From: Octopus bimaculoides
Taxonomy: Eukaryota
Assembly: GCF_001194135.2 (NCBI RefSeq)
Contig: NC_069006.1
Span: 18,978,538-19,042,537 of the forward strand
DNA: 64,000 bases
Reading direction: 5' to 3'
Position numbers and translations under genes: made by a program. Every line of letters starts with the position of its first letter. Position 1 is the first letter of the stretch. Positions 1-9,924 of the stretch are shown piece by piece. The notes under the pieces are model-generated. The model saw only the letters and a program-made list of their open reading frames with translations, made no database searches and was not told the DNA's origin.

Positions 1-355
1 TTCCGTCTTCCAGATCTAGAGCACAGTGCTATACAGGCTTTTAATAAGCTCTACACCTCCATGCTTCCAGATTTCAGTGGGTATTCAACATCTATCAGGT
101 GCTTTACTTTCTTTCATGTGTTTGATTGCACCATTGAATTCATTGTAAACAGGTTTGTCATCTAATGATTGGATGATTAGCTGTTGTGTCACCTTCTTGA
201 GGGTGTCATAGTCCATGACACCGGGGATATTAAGTAGGCTAACAAAGTGATTGGCAAATCTATCAAGAATCTCCAGTTTTTCCTGGAATACTGCTTGGCC
301 ACCAAGACCAATGAGTTTTGTTGCACCTCTACTCTGTGGCTCGCATACCATTCAA
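1..355 (-). mobile_element. Non-LTR retrotransposon (LINE) fragment, region just upstream of the RT domain
   Basis: ORF 85-351 ...RFANHFVSLLNIP...EFNGAIKHMKESKAPDRC resembles the 'F..+F..L.N...E+..AIK.+K..KAPG.D' segment of LINE ORF2. Confidence 0.6.
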
Positions 356-479
356 AGTCCTGAATAAAATGTTTTCATATCATTTTATCAGCATAATGCT
401 GTAGCTCTTCAGGGTATTTGTGAACTAAACCCCCATACTTTGTGTGTGTGTATATATATATATATATATAAAGAGTAAA

Positions 480-805
480 GGGTAAAGACCCCTTCAGTCA
501 TGAATGATCATGGGATTGCACCTAGAAGGTTCCCCTCTGAGGCACAAGTCCGGGTAAGTTTTTTTTGTGGAAAACCAGCAGTCATCCATGCATACCAGCC
601 TCCCCCCTCTCCACACCACCGATGTTGCCCAAGGGAAAGGCAAAGGCCAATACAGCTTGGCACCAGTGATGTCACAACTCATTTCTACAGCTGAGTGAAC
701 TGGAGCAAAGTGAAATAAAATGCCTTGCTCAAGAACACAACACACAGCTAGGTCCAGGAATCGAACTCAGTACCTCATGATTGTGAGCTTGATGCTCTAA
801 CCACT
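480..805 (-). mobile_element. tRNA-derived SINE, family 2 (head + central domain A + tail Z)
   Basis: Minus-strand head with A/B-box-like sequence, then gtgttcttgagcaaggcattttatttcactttgctccagttcactcagctg; shared with copies at 15684, 26330, 27560, 41205, 42425, 44150 and 61090. Confidence 0.7.
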
Positions 806-1059
806 GAGCTACACACACACACACATGCACACAAAACGGGCTTCTTTCAGTTTTTATCTATCAAATCTACTGAAAAGGTTTTGGTTGACCTGGGGCTATG
901 TTAGAAGAGTCTTGACCAAAGTACCTTGCACTGGGATTGAACTTGGGACTATGTGGTTGAGAAGCTAACTTCTTAATACACAGCCATGCCTATGTATGTA
1001 TTATATTCTCAAAAATTTATGCTCTTGTGCTAAGTTAGAATTTTATATATTTATTCTAG

Positions 1060-1182
1060 CGAATATTACTATTGGAACAAGCAATCTATCCATTGGTAAC
1101 TCTAATATCACAAATGTATTCAGCTCAGAACCGAGGAAGATAAAATCCGAGCATCATAGGGAGAAATTCATCAAATATTTCA
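1060..1182 (+). CDS. RHIM/death-domain cassette 1, exon a (RHIM-like motif + linker); internal exon, upstream exons lie outside the window or are unidentified
   Basis: Acceptor ttattctAG|, donor ttca|GTAAGT; 123 nt, phase 1-1. Reads (A)NITIGTSNLSIGNSNITNVFSSEPRKIKSEHHREKFIKYF. Homologous exon at 10597-10698 has the same splice context. Splices in frame to 1691. Confidence 0.85.
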
Positions 1183-1399
1183 GTAAGTAAATGCAGTTTC
1201 TATTTGTTGATTTCATATTAATCTTTTTATTTGTTTCAGTTGTTAGACTGTGACCATGCTGGGGCACTGCCTTGAGGGATTTTAGTCGAACTATTCGACC
1301 CCAGCACTCATTTCCTTTTTAAACCTGGTAGTTATTCTATCAGCTCTCTTTTGTTGAACTTCTAAGTTACAGGGACATAAACACACCAACACTGGTTGC

Positions 1400-1432
<33 letters not shown>

Positions 1433-1690
1433 GTCAGTTGATGGTGGGGGACAAGAGAGAGATGTATGGAATTGGGAGGAGATGATAAGTGAGCATGGCA
1501 CCAGCAAGACTTACATTATTTGGAAAATGCAATGGAAAAAATACAGTGAAATTGTCATGGAGAGTTGAATGTCTAACATTTAAGATAGAGTGTGAAATCT
1601 GATGGCGATTTGACTGTTATTTCTAAACAAAAACGTAAATATCAAACATTTCAATATAAAATCTTAAGAATCATGGAAATATTTTTGCAG

Positions 1691-1765
1691 AGTCTAATAC
1701 AGTACTGACTGAGAAACACCTCAACAAAATAGCCAAATACTTAGGGAATAAATGGAAGTCTGTTG
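1691..1765 (+). CDS. RHIM/death-domain cassette 1, exon b (death domain helix 1-2 start)
   Basis: Acceptor tttttgcAG|, donor gttg|GTAAGT; 75 nt, phase 1-1. Reads KSNTVLTEKHLNKIAKYLGNKWKSVG, the typical death-domain start (L..I...LG..W...GR). Confidence 0.92.
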
Positions 1766-1844
1766 GTAAGTATAAAATATACATTACTTTAGATGTTTGG
1801 CTTCTATCATATCTTTATGTCTTGTCTTTTACTTGTTTTAGTCA

Positions 1845-2205
1845 TTATATTGTTGCCATGCTGGGGCAGCACCTTGAAGAATTTTTAGTTGGATGAATCC
1901 AGTACTTTTTTTTTTTTTTTTTTTAAGCCCGGTGTTTATTCTATCAGTCACTTTTGCTGAACTGCTAAGTGATAAAGATACAAACACACCAACACTGGTT
2001 GTCAAGCAGTGGTGGAAACAAACATGCACACACACACACACGTGTGACAGGCTTCTTTCAGTTTCCATCTACCAAATCCACTCACAAGGTTTTGGTTGGG
2101 CTGGTGCTATAGTAGAAGACACTTGATCAAAGTCCCATGCAGTGGGAATGAACCTGGAATCATGCAGTTGGGAAGCAAATTTTCTTACCACCCAGCCATC
2201 CCTAC
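1845..2205 (-). mobile_element. tRNA-derived SINE, family 1 (about 400 bp, central CA/TA microsatellite), in cassette 1 intron
   Basis: Matches the full-length copies at 26859 and 56996; its 3' half is also present at the equivalent position in cassette 2 (13105-13310). Confidence 0.8.
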
Positions 2206-2311
2206 GCCTATCTAACTACAAAATAATGTTTAGTGAGTGCTAAGATACTTAATGTGATGAAGAAAAAATTTCAGTTGAAGTTGTTTTTGCTAGGAGGAGA
2301 GGAAAAGAATC

Positions 2312-2521
2312 TTAACCCTTTTGCTACCATACTTTTGTTGGAACTCTTCTTTTGTTGTAATTAATGTTGAAAATAATGAATTTATGAATATAACTGTTTT
2401 GAGATTAAGCTAGTGTTTTGAATATAAATTTGCATAAAAATTTGGGTTCAAGATTTTAATTCAAATCACTTAAAAAACAAGAAATTTGTAGCATAGAACC
2501 AAAGTCAGTATTAAAAAGTTA
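2312..2521. mobile_element. piggyBac-like MITE (degenerate)
   Basis: Left end TTAA-CCCTTTTGCTACC; right end degenerate (gtattaaaaagttag). A related left end occurs at about 14665. Confidence 0.45.
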
Positions 2522-3124
2522 GTGTTAACAAAATCTAATTCTAGACGAAGGGAGACAACTTCGAAATTGTAACGAATCAAAGTTTGAAACAATACAATGA
2601 GGAGATAAAGACATTATTAGCTAGAGGCTTAGTGAGTACAGTGGCAGGTGTGGACATATTTTGGATACAACCTTTATGCTAAGTCTCAATCACGTCATCA
2701 TGATCTTCCCTTATTTGGTAATATAGATCTTCTCACTTTACCTACCTTAATTGAATGTGTGAACAAGATGTGGACTTTGCAAGCCACGGATTACTCGTCT
2801 CAGAGATCAGTAACATTTTGACTAAGAAGTGATAAAAAGGGACTCTTTGATCCTCCCCACATGAGACAACCACTCTAGTGTCACCCAGTAAATTCCATGC
2901 TTCCCTATTCTCAATCTTTTGTCTTTTATCTTTTACTTGTTTCAGTCATTCGATTGCAGCCATGCTGGAGCACTGCCTTCAGAAATTTTAGTCAAACAGA
3001 TTGACCCCCCCCCCCCAGTACTTATTTTTCCTTTTAAGCCTGGCACTTATTCTATGATTCTCTTTTGCTGAACTGCTAAGTTACAGGGATGTAAACACAC
3101 CAACACCAGTTGTCAAGTAGTTTA

Positions 3125-3290
3125 TGTGCTTGTCTACATCACTTATAATCATTTCAGTATCACTTATTATTATCTGGATTCTTTCTATTTTCAGTCCCCA
3201 GTTTCTGCTTATCTCCATTTCTAGATCTTCATATCTGGATATTTTTTTTTCATTATCTATTTTTGTCCTTCGGAATCGATACATCATTTG
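3125..3290 (-). mobile_element. Decayed RLE-endonuclease LINE (R2/NeSL/HERO-type) C-terminal fragment
   Basis: ORF 3081-3287 EKKISRYEDLEMEISRNWGLKIERIQIII resembles the 'EK..KY.DL..E+...W......P+++' motif of restriction-like endonuclease domains. Confidence 0.55.
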
Positions 3291-3334
3291 CTATTATTAT
3301 TCTTCTTGTCAATGATATAATATTTTATTTTCAG

Positions 3335-3540
3335 GTCGGGATTTAGAAATTAAAGACGCTATGCTGGAAAACATAGAAGCAAACTACTCAAATAATGTTG
3401 AAGAACAAAGTTTTCAAATGTTAAACAAATGGTTACAGCTTTCCAAGTCGGAGACATGTACAACTAGCAAATTAGCTGAAGCACTCTTTGAGGCTGAATG
3501 TTATGATTCAATTCAATATTTACCATTAGAGGAGGAGTGA
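3335..3540 (+). CDS. RHIM/death-domain cassette 1, terminal exon (rest of death domain, RIPK1/Imd-like)
   Basis: Acceptor ttttattttcAG|, phase 1. Reads GRDLEIKDAMLENIEANYSNNVEEQSFQMLNKWLQLSKSETCTTSKLAEALFEAECYDSIQYLPLEEE*, with the death-domain hallmarks EQ.FQML.KW and T..L..AL. Stop TGA at 3538-3540. Confidence 0.92.
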
Positions 3541-3765
3541 TTATTAAAAAAAAAATGTTCTCCACCATGGTGTATGTCTTGAATAAGAAGAGCATTATTA
3601 CATCATTTAATTTCTAAATATCTGCTTATATCAATATTAATATCTGTTTATACCAGTATTAATATGACATATATTTAAGAACCAAAATCTTTTAAGTGCT
3701 TGGGGTCTCTATGGGTCTTAATCCAGCCTTGCCTACACATATATGTAGTTCAAAATATAAACAAC

Positions 3766-3783
3766 AATAAACCATAAAATAAA
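3766..3783 (+). promoter_or_regulatory. Tandem AATAAA poly(A) signals, cassette 1
   Basis: AATAAA at 3766-3771 and 3778-3783, about 230 nt after the stop; same arrangement in cassette 2. Confidence 0.7.
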
Positions 3784-3800
3784 TTTTTATTTTTCAAAAT

Positions 3801-4800
3801 TGTTGTGGGAGAATTCTGAACACCTACATGCGACTGAAAACGGACTAACAGATTTTCAATAAATAAAGAACTGTGTGAACTATCAGGAAGTTGATAGCAT
3901 TGATTGTCCATATTGGTTACTACGTTAGTTTAATATCATAACTATATTTGGAGTAGTACGGAGTGCATTCTGTGTTAACATAATAATACTGTGATAGGTT
4001 ATTCTAGATAACCATATCCGAGTAATTATTTAGGTAATACTATTCTTACACACACGTCATATTTTTGGTGATGAGGATATTTGAACCCATGCTGGACAGA
4101 TTATTGTTTGAACATGGAAGATTTACTAGCTTTGGTAATTCAATTACAGAAACAGCAGTTGTTGGAATTGCAGAAGCAACAGCAGCTGTTAGTACAACGG
4201 CTTCAGAAGAAAACAGAAAATATATCAAAAGGATGTGTTATAATACTATTCCACAGCCATACCAACAATCCACATATACAACTTTCAAACACATTTACCA
4301 ATGTACAACCATATTGATAAATAAATTCCATAAGTAAATTACAACCACTCCTAAATACGCAACTAAACAGCAACAGCTCTATTAAGTCATACAGAATTAT
4401 AATCCCAACCATCTTCCATAGTGTAATATAAAAGTAAAAGCTTAATGACCACATTATTTCAATCAATCAGTATATAGACAGGATGTGTAGTTCATTCTGA
4501 CATGGTCACAAACTCCATCTGAGAGTTTGCATATAATCCAGAGGAGGGTACAACTTTTCCTGCTTACTTTAGAAGGTATGAAGAAATTTTTAAAGAAGAG
4601 TGCTCTGACTAGCAAGATGAAAAATCATACCCGACTTTTGTTGAGAAAGTTGGCATCAGCCAAGCATGAGAAATATTGAAATTACATATTACCAAAGAGA
4701 CCAGGTTTTGAAGAAGATGTGAATATTTTGTCAAAGATTTTCGGCGGAAAACCTCTTTATTTAATATGCATTGGTAATGCATGAATATTACAGAAAAATA
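3801..4800 (+). mobile_element. 3'-truncated Ty3/Gypsy (Mag / K02A2.6-like clade) LTR retrotransposon: 5' LTR, PBS and decayed gag
   Basis: UTR homology with cassette 2 stops at 3800 and TGTTG begins at 3801; putative LTR to about 4059 with internal AATAAA. PBS TGGTGATGAGGAT at 4066-4078. Gag starts at 4114 (MEDLLALVIQLQKQQ); 4502-4800 reads NSI*EFAYNPEEGTTFPAYFRRYEEIF...TRLLLRKL...HEKY*NYILPK...LSKIFG..SLFN with stops and frameshifts. Confidence 0.8.
4066..4078 (+). promoter_or_regulatory. Primer-binding site complementary to tRNA-Ser(GCU) 3' end
   Basis: TGGTGATGAGGAT versus expected TGGCGACGAGGAT (11/13; both mismatches are CpG>TpG), based on the tRNA-Ser(GCU) 3' end ATCCTCGTCGCCA recalled from eukaryotic tRNAs. 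Confidence 0.65.
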
Positions 4801-5023
4801 AGATGTATATTTTATTATATATACTGGAATTGTTAATAGGGATAGGGAATGTAAGAGATTTAAAATTAATGAACTAACACCAGATATGTTTAAATAATCA
4901 ATTTTTGTGAAAGGTTTAATAGCAAAGAAAAATGTGGAAATTCATAACCAAATTCTGACTAAATTAGAGCAGAATCAGAAGTATTAGTGAGTAAAAAGAG
5001 AGAAAAATGACTGACAGCAAATA

Positions 5024-5312
5024 TACTAATTACAGGGTGGCAGCGCTAAGCAGTGATGTATGTAAATAGAAGGTTATTAGCAGCTCAAATATGCTAGAAG
5101 CATATTCCAAACCATAAAAATGCTGTTCACTGTGTTTTGCCACAGAGAAAACTTCTTGCTGTAACAAATGGTGTAAATAAACCAGCATCAGCTCACAGTG
5201 TGACAAAACACAGCAAATGGCTTTCTTATGGGTTCAAATATGCTTGAGACATATTTGAACTGATATAACCTTGGACTTCCACTAATATCCACTGAAACAA
5301 GGTATCAACTAA
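5024..5312. repeat. Downstream block shared by both cassettes (copy 1), with twin AATATGC-N5-GCATATT dyads
   Basis: Colinear with 14982-15265 (roughly 80% by eye); dyads at 5088-5106 and 5232-5260. Confidence 0.8.
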
Positions 5313-5838
5313 GGTAGACACATGTCTAATATTATATATTATAAATAATGTTATACATTATAACATCATATATCAATATGTATTGCCTTTTGGGCAAGAT
5401 CGAAATGTAGTGCATATGTGTGTGTGCAAGAGTTCCCTAGCTTGCATATTAAATATTCTGTCAGTTAAATCTGGTCTGTCAGCTAGTGTCTGTCCTGGAT
5501 AAACTTTGTGATACTGGTCGAGCAATGAAAATTAAATTATGGAGATGTATTTGCATAGCAAGTGACTTGATCTGAGATCCTGTGCTGAAACAAAATCAAT
5601 TGCAGCATGGAAGATGACTGTAAGCCATTTAAGAATGCACAAAAAACTGTTAGATTCACTTCTACATTTAAATTTTAATTTGTGCCAAAATATTTTCGTC
5701 ACTCTGAAACCATGACCGATTCACTGACAAAACTTTGTGCTGCATCTAGATATTCTTAAATGGCTTCTATAATGCAATTGTTTTTGAAAATGTTGAAGTG
5801 AATCTAATGGTTTTTTGTTTTCCTTGAAGCTGCAATTG

Positions 5839-5887
<49 letters not shown>

Positions 5888-6227
5888 TATAATGTAAAGA
5901 AACCACAAAAAGAAAAAAAGACCCTAGTGAAAAACAGCAACCCAGGATTTCGTGGATGAGATACATAAATATATTACTAATGATCCGATAAAGCAGAGAC
6001 CTAGAAGATGAAATACGACAAAGCAGTTATTAACAGAACTTTTTTATTTTTATGAATTTTCACAAATCTTTTTCAATTCTGTCTTCTGCAATATGGAGTT
6101 AATAAGATGATGCAAAAAGAAAAAAAATTTTTTTAAATCCCCAACCCCTCAATTTTTTTTCGGACAGTCCGAATCTACCATTTGTTTCTCTTTATAATTT
6201 CCAAATAATTTTTTAATATATTTTTGG

Positions 6228-6725
6228 AAAAAAGTCAATTGACAGTCTTCACACTTTTTCACATAATCCTGGACTTTATGTGAAATGCCAGTGTCTGCTG
6301 CATGTCCATCAACGATATTATTTTCTACTCTAGGCATAAGGCCTGAAATTTTGTGGGAGGGAACAGTTGATTAGATTGACTAATAGTACACAACTGGTAC
6401 TTAATTCATCAACCTTGAAAGGATGAATGGCAGAGTCGATTTCGGCAGAATTTGAACTCAGAATGTAAAGACATGAAATACCGCTAAGCATTTTGCCCGG
6501 CATGCTAACGATTCTGCCAGCTCGCCATCTTCAAGAAACATCTTTTCTACTCAAGGTGCTAGTTTCAAAATGTTTTTTGCATAATCATATCAATTCCATT
6601 ATGCAGAGGACAGAATCGAAAAAGTTATGAGAGGTTTTAGTAGGTCAATTGACAGTCTTGACACTTTCACACATAATCTTGGACATAATGTGAAATGCCA
6701 GTGACATGCTGCATGTCCATCAACA
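6228..6725 (-). mobile_element. Two decayed Gypsy/Ginger-type integrase zinc-finger (H2C2) fragments
   Basis: 6228-6322 reads VDGHAADTGISHKVQDYVKKCEDCQL; about 6600-6725 reads GISHYVQDYV*KCQDCQL...GIDM. The two share about 85 nt of direct repeat and are separated by a SINE. Confidence 0.5.
6340..6535 (-). mobile_element. tRNA-derived SINE, family 3 (central gactttgcctttcatcctttc domain)
   Basis: Shares sequence with copies at 18700-18845, 18865-18990, 55230-55420 and 55770-55895. Confidence 0.65.
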
Positions 6726-7199
6726 AGATTAGCAGACAGCCAGCCATACAGTGGTACGACATATAGTCTAAGTAGAAGAAAACCTTTTTAAGAGGAAAAA
6801 TGAAGTTGGAAGAGTGGTGAAAAAGTTTTAGGTACTTGTGGTCGCTGTAACCGATGGTGTGCCAGTTCTTCTATGTGTGTATAAAGATATAATTAAAACA
6901 ATATGTATACACCCACATAAATACACACACACATATACAACAAAGCCTAATGGTGTGAGTTTTCTAAAACTCCTTTAGGCACAAATGGTTTTCACAATAT
7001 GCAAACCCAATTGTATGAATGGATCATAAGATTGAACTGCAAAGTAAAAATTTGAAATGGCGTTGACAATAATTTTTGTTTCCATGGATGCGCATAAACA
7101 TGTACTCCAGCCTGGAAAACGCTATAACTGGTTAATGTGTATGACTGGGCATGCATAACAGGACATACAGAGAAACTCCTTTTCTTTTAAATATATTAC

Positions 7200-7995
7200 T
7201 AATGATCCAATACGACAGGCTTCTTTCAGTTTCTGTCTACCAAATCTGCTCACAAGGCTTTGGTTGGCCAAAGGCTATGGTAGAAGACACTTACCCAAGG
7301 TGCCATGCAGTGGGACTGTACCTGAAAAGTATGTGGTTGGCAAGCAAGCTTCTTACCACACAGTCACTCCAATCATTCACATAACCTATTTACATAATGT
7401 GAATGATAATATTTTGAAAACAAAAATGTTTAATATTTAATTTCATATGTAGGAGTAGCTGTGTGGTAAGAAACTCGCTTCCCAACCACATGGTTTTGGG
7501 TTCAGTCTCACTGCATGGCACCTTGGGCAAGTGTCTTCTACTATAGCCTCAGGCCGACCAAGTCTTTTTGAGTGCATTTGGTAGATGGAAACTGAAAAAA
7601 GCCCGTCGTATATGTGTGAAATTTATACCCCTTTATTTGTTTCAGTCATTTGACTGTGGCCATGCTGGAGCACCGCCTTTAGTTGAGCAAATCGACCCCA
7701 GAACTTATTCTTTGTAAGCCTAGTACTTATTCTATTGGTCTGTTTTGCTGAACCGCTAAGTTACGGAGATGTAAACACCAGTATCGTTTGTCAAGTGATC
7801 TTAGGGGGACAAACACAGACACACACATATATATAAGACGGGCTTCTTTCAGTTTCCATCTACCAAATCCACTCACAAGGCTTTGGTAGGCCCGAGGCTA
7901 TAGTAAAAGACTCTTGCCCAAGGTGCCATGCAGTGGGACTGAATCCGGAACCATGTGGTTCGTAAGCTAGCTACTTACCACACAGCCACTCCTAC
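7200..7995. mobile_element. Cluster of family-1 SINEs in alternating orientation (- 7200-7375, + 7450-7610, - 7625-7995)
   Basis: Direct match to the family-1 consensus; 7625-7995 is essentially full length. Confidence 0.8.
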
Positions 7996-9169
7996 GCCTA
8001 TAAAAAACAAAAGATGAAGACAGATGTATGAACAACAAGTAAGTGTATTAGTTTCACGCTTAGGAAAATGAAGAAGTCTTTTACGTTTCAAGCCTATGCT
8101 CTTCATCAGAAAGGAATAAAAGAAAATAAACAAAGAGAGAACTTGTAGAGTTTAGCAGTCCAACATGGTGAATATATGTATGTATTTGTGTGTCTGTGTC
8201 CCCACCACCATCGCTTGTCAACAGATGTTGGTGTGTTTACGTCCCTGTAAGTTAGCGGTTCGGCCCAAAAGACTGATAAAATAAGTACTAGGCTTACAAA
8301 GAATATATCTTGGGGTTGATTTGTTCGACCAAAGGCAATGCTCCAGCATGGCTGCAGTCAAAAGTATAACAGAATAATTGTGCATGCATGCATGGGAGAG
8401 AGAGAGAGAGAGAAACTGATAAACTAAATACAATTTTGTAATTGAAATACCAGTGACTTTAAAATTATGTCCCTTGCGTCTGTGACTGCCACTACCACCC
8501 ACTCCCACTTCATCTTGCTGTTTCACTTTCTTTTCCTCACCTTCGTGGGCAGCCACATATCGTGTTTCTTGTGCTCTAACTTCTTGTTGAACATCATTCA
8601 TAGAAAATAGTAGCGACCACCATAAAGAAATACAAAGGTTAGTTAACTTTTCAAATATGTTTTGGTTTTAAATAACCTCATTCTTTTTGTTAGTTTTTAT
8701 TTTATGCTTGTTAGATCTCTATCAAATCCTGAAACTTTCTTTAACTTAGAATAAACTATCTTAATACTGTGCTGCCAACCAGGAAGTACCTGCACTACAT
8801 AAAACCACTTATAACTTTGTGTTTGTTTGGAATTTTCAGAAAATGTTTGTGAATCTGTGTTCTATACACATGAATTCATATGTGTTCTATACACAGGAAT
8901 TCATATGATTATGAAAACTAAAATATTTGGTGTGCGTTTAAGGCAATATAACTTTATTTTAGCACAGCTCACAAATACCTCATGCCTTCCTTGCACTGAT
9001 ATTTATTGATATTTTTCAACGTTTTTCTCCCCATAAACTCATTTAATGGAATGATGATGCACTCAAGGGCAGTCAATTGCTGGGATTTATTAATAAGGAA
9101 AAATTTGAAAATTAGGGGTAGAGTTTAAAAAATTAAGAAAAGAAATGTTTTTTTCATAATCATATGTGG

Positions 9170-9545
9170 AGGCATGGCTGTGTGGTGAGAAGCCTACTTC
9201 CCAATCACATGGTTCTGGGTTCAGTCCCATTTCATGGCATCTCAGCCAAGTGTTTTCTACTATATTCGCAGGCCAACCAAAAACTCGAGAGTGAATTTGG
9301 TAGATGAAAACTGAAAGAAGCCCACATATATATGGCTATTTATATATGTATATAGCCATAAGTGTGTGTCTTTGTGTCTATGTTTGTCCACACATCATCA
9401 CTTGACAACGGGTGTTGGTGTGATTATGTCCCTGTAACTTTGCAGTCCAGCAAAAGTGACTGATAGAATAAATGCCAGGTTTAAAAATAAGCCCTGGAAT
9501 TGATTTGTTTGATTAAAACCCCTTCAAGGTGATGCTCTAGTATGG
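9170..9545 (+). mobile_element. Family-1 SINE
   Basis: Head ggaggcatggctgtgtggtgagaagc, central TA repeat and 3' body match the consensus. Confidence 0.75.
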
Positions 9546-9886
9546 GCTCACAACTTTTTTAGTACAATTTTTTGTTGCATGGGATCAAAACTATGAAATT
9601 CTTCACACATTCTCCTATCATTGAATCTAAGATAAAATAATATATTTTGTTTTTAAAATATAAATGTTATTTAGATCTAAATTTGACTGGTGGCGTTAGT
9701 TACTCTCCTATAACGTTGCTACAAATTTTGATGTAAACCTTTTTCTACTGGATCAAATCTCAAATTTTTTTTATGCCAAAATGTAGCTAGAGACCAGCCC
9801 TCTTCCAAAATGTTATCAGTTTTCAATTTGATTAAGAACTGAATTAACGACAAGTTCTGAAATATACTGCGTATGAGTAAATTGAA

Positions 9887-9924
<38 letters not shown>

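Noticed and set aside
996-1190. 64-aa ORF starting at 996 as a standalone peptide (likewise 10291-10626)
   Set aside because: The N-terminal part is intron or SINE sequence; only 1060-1182 is exon. The 10291 ORF is in another frame and is made of repeat sequence.
1060-3540. Assigning the symbol RIPK1 or imd
   Set aside because: Similarity is from recalled sequence and the kinase or N-terminal exons are not in the window, so orthology cannot be fixed.
4046-4466. Overlapping short ORFs (4046-4228, 4065-4337, 4203-4466)
   Set aside because: Alternate frames of the decayed Gypsy gag N-terminus.
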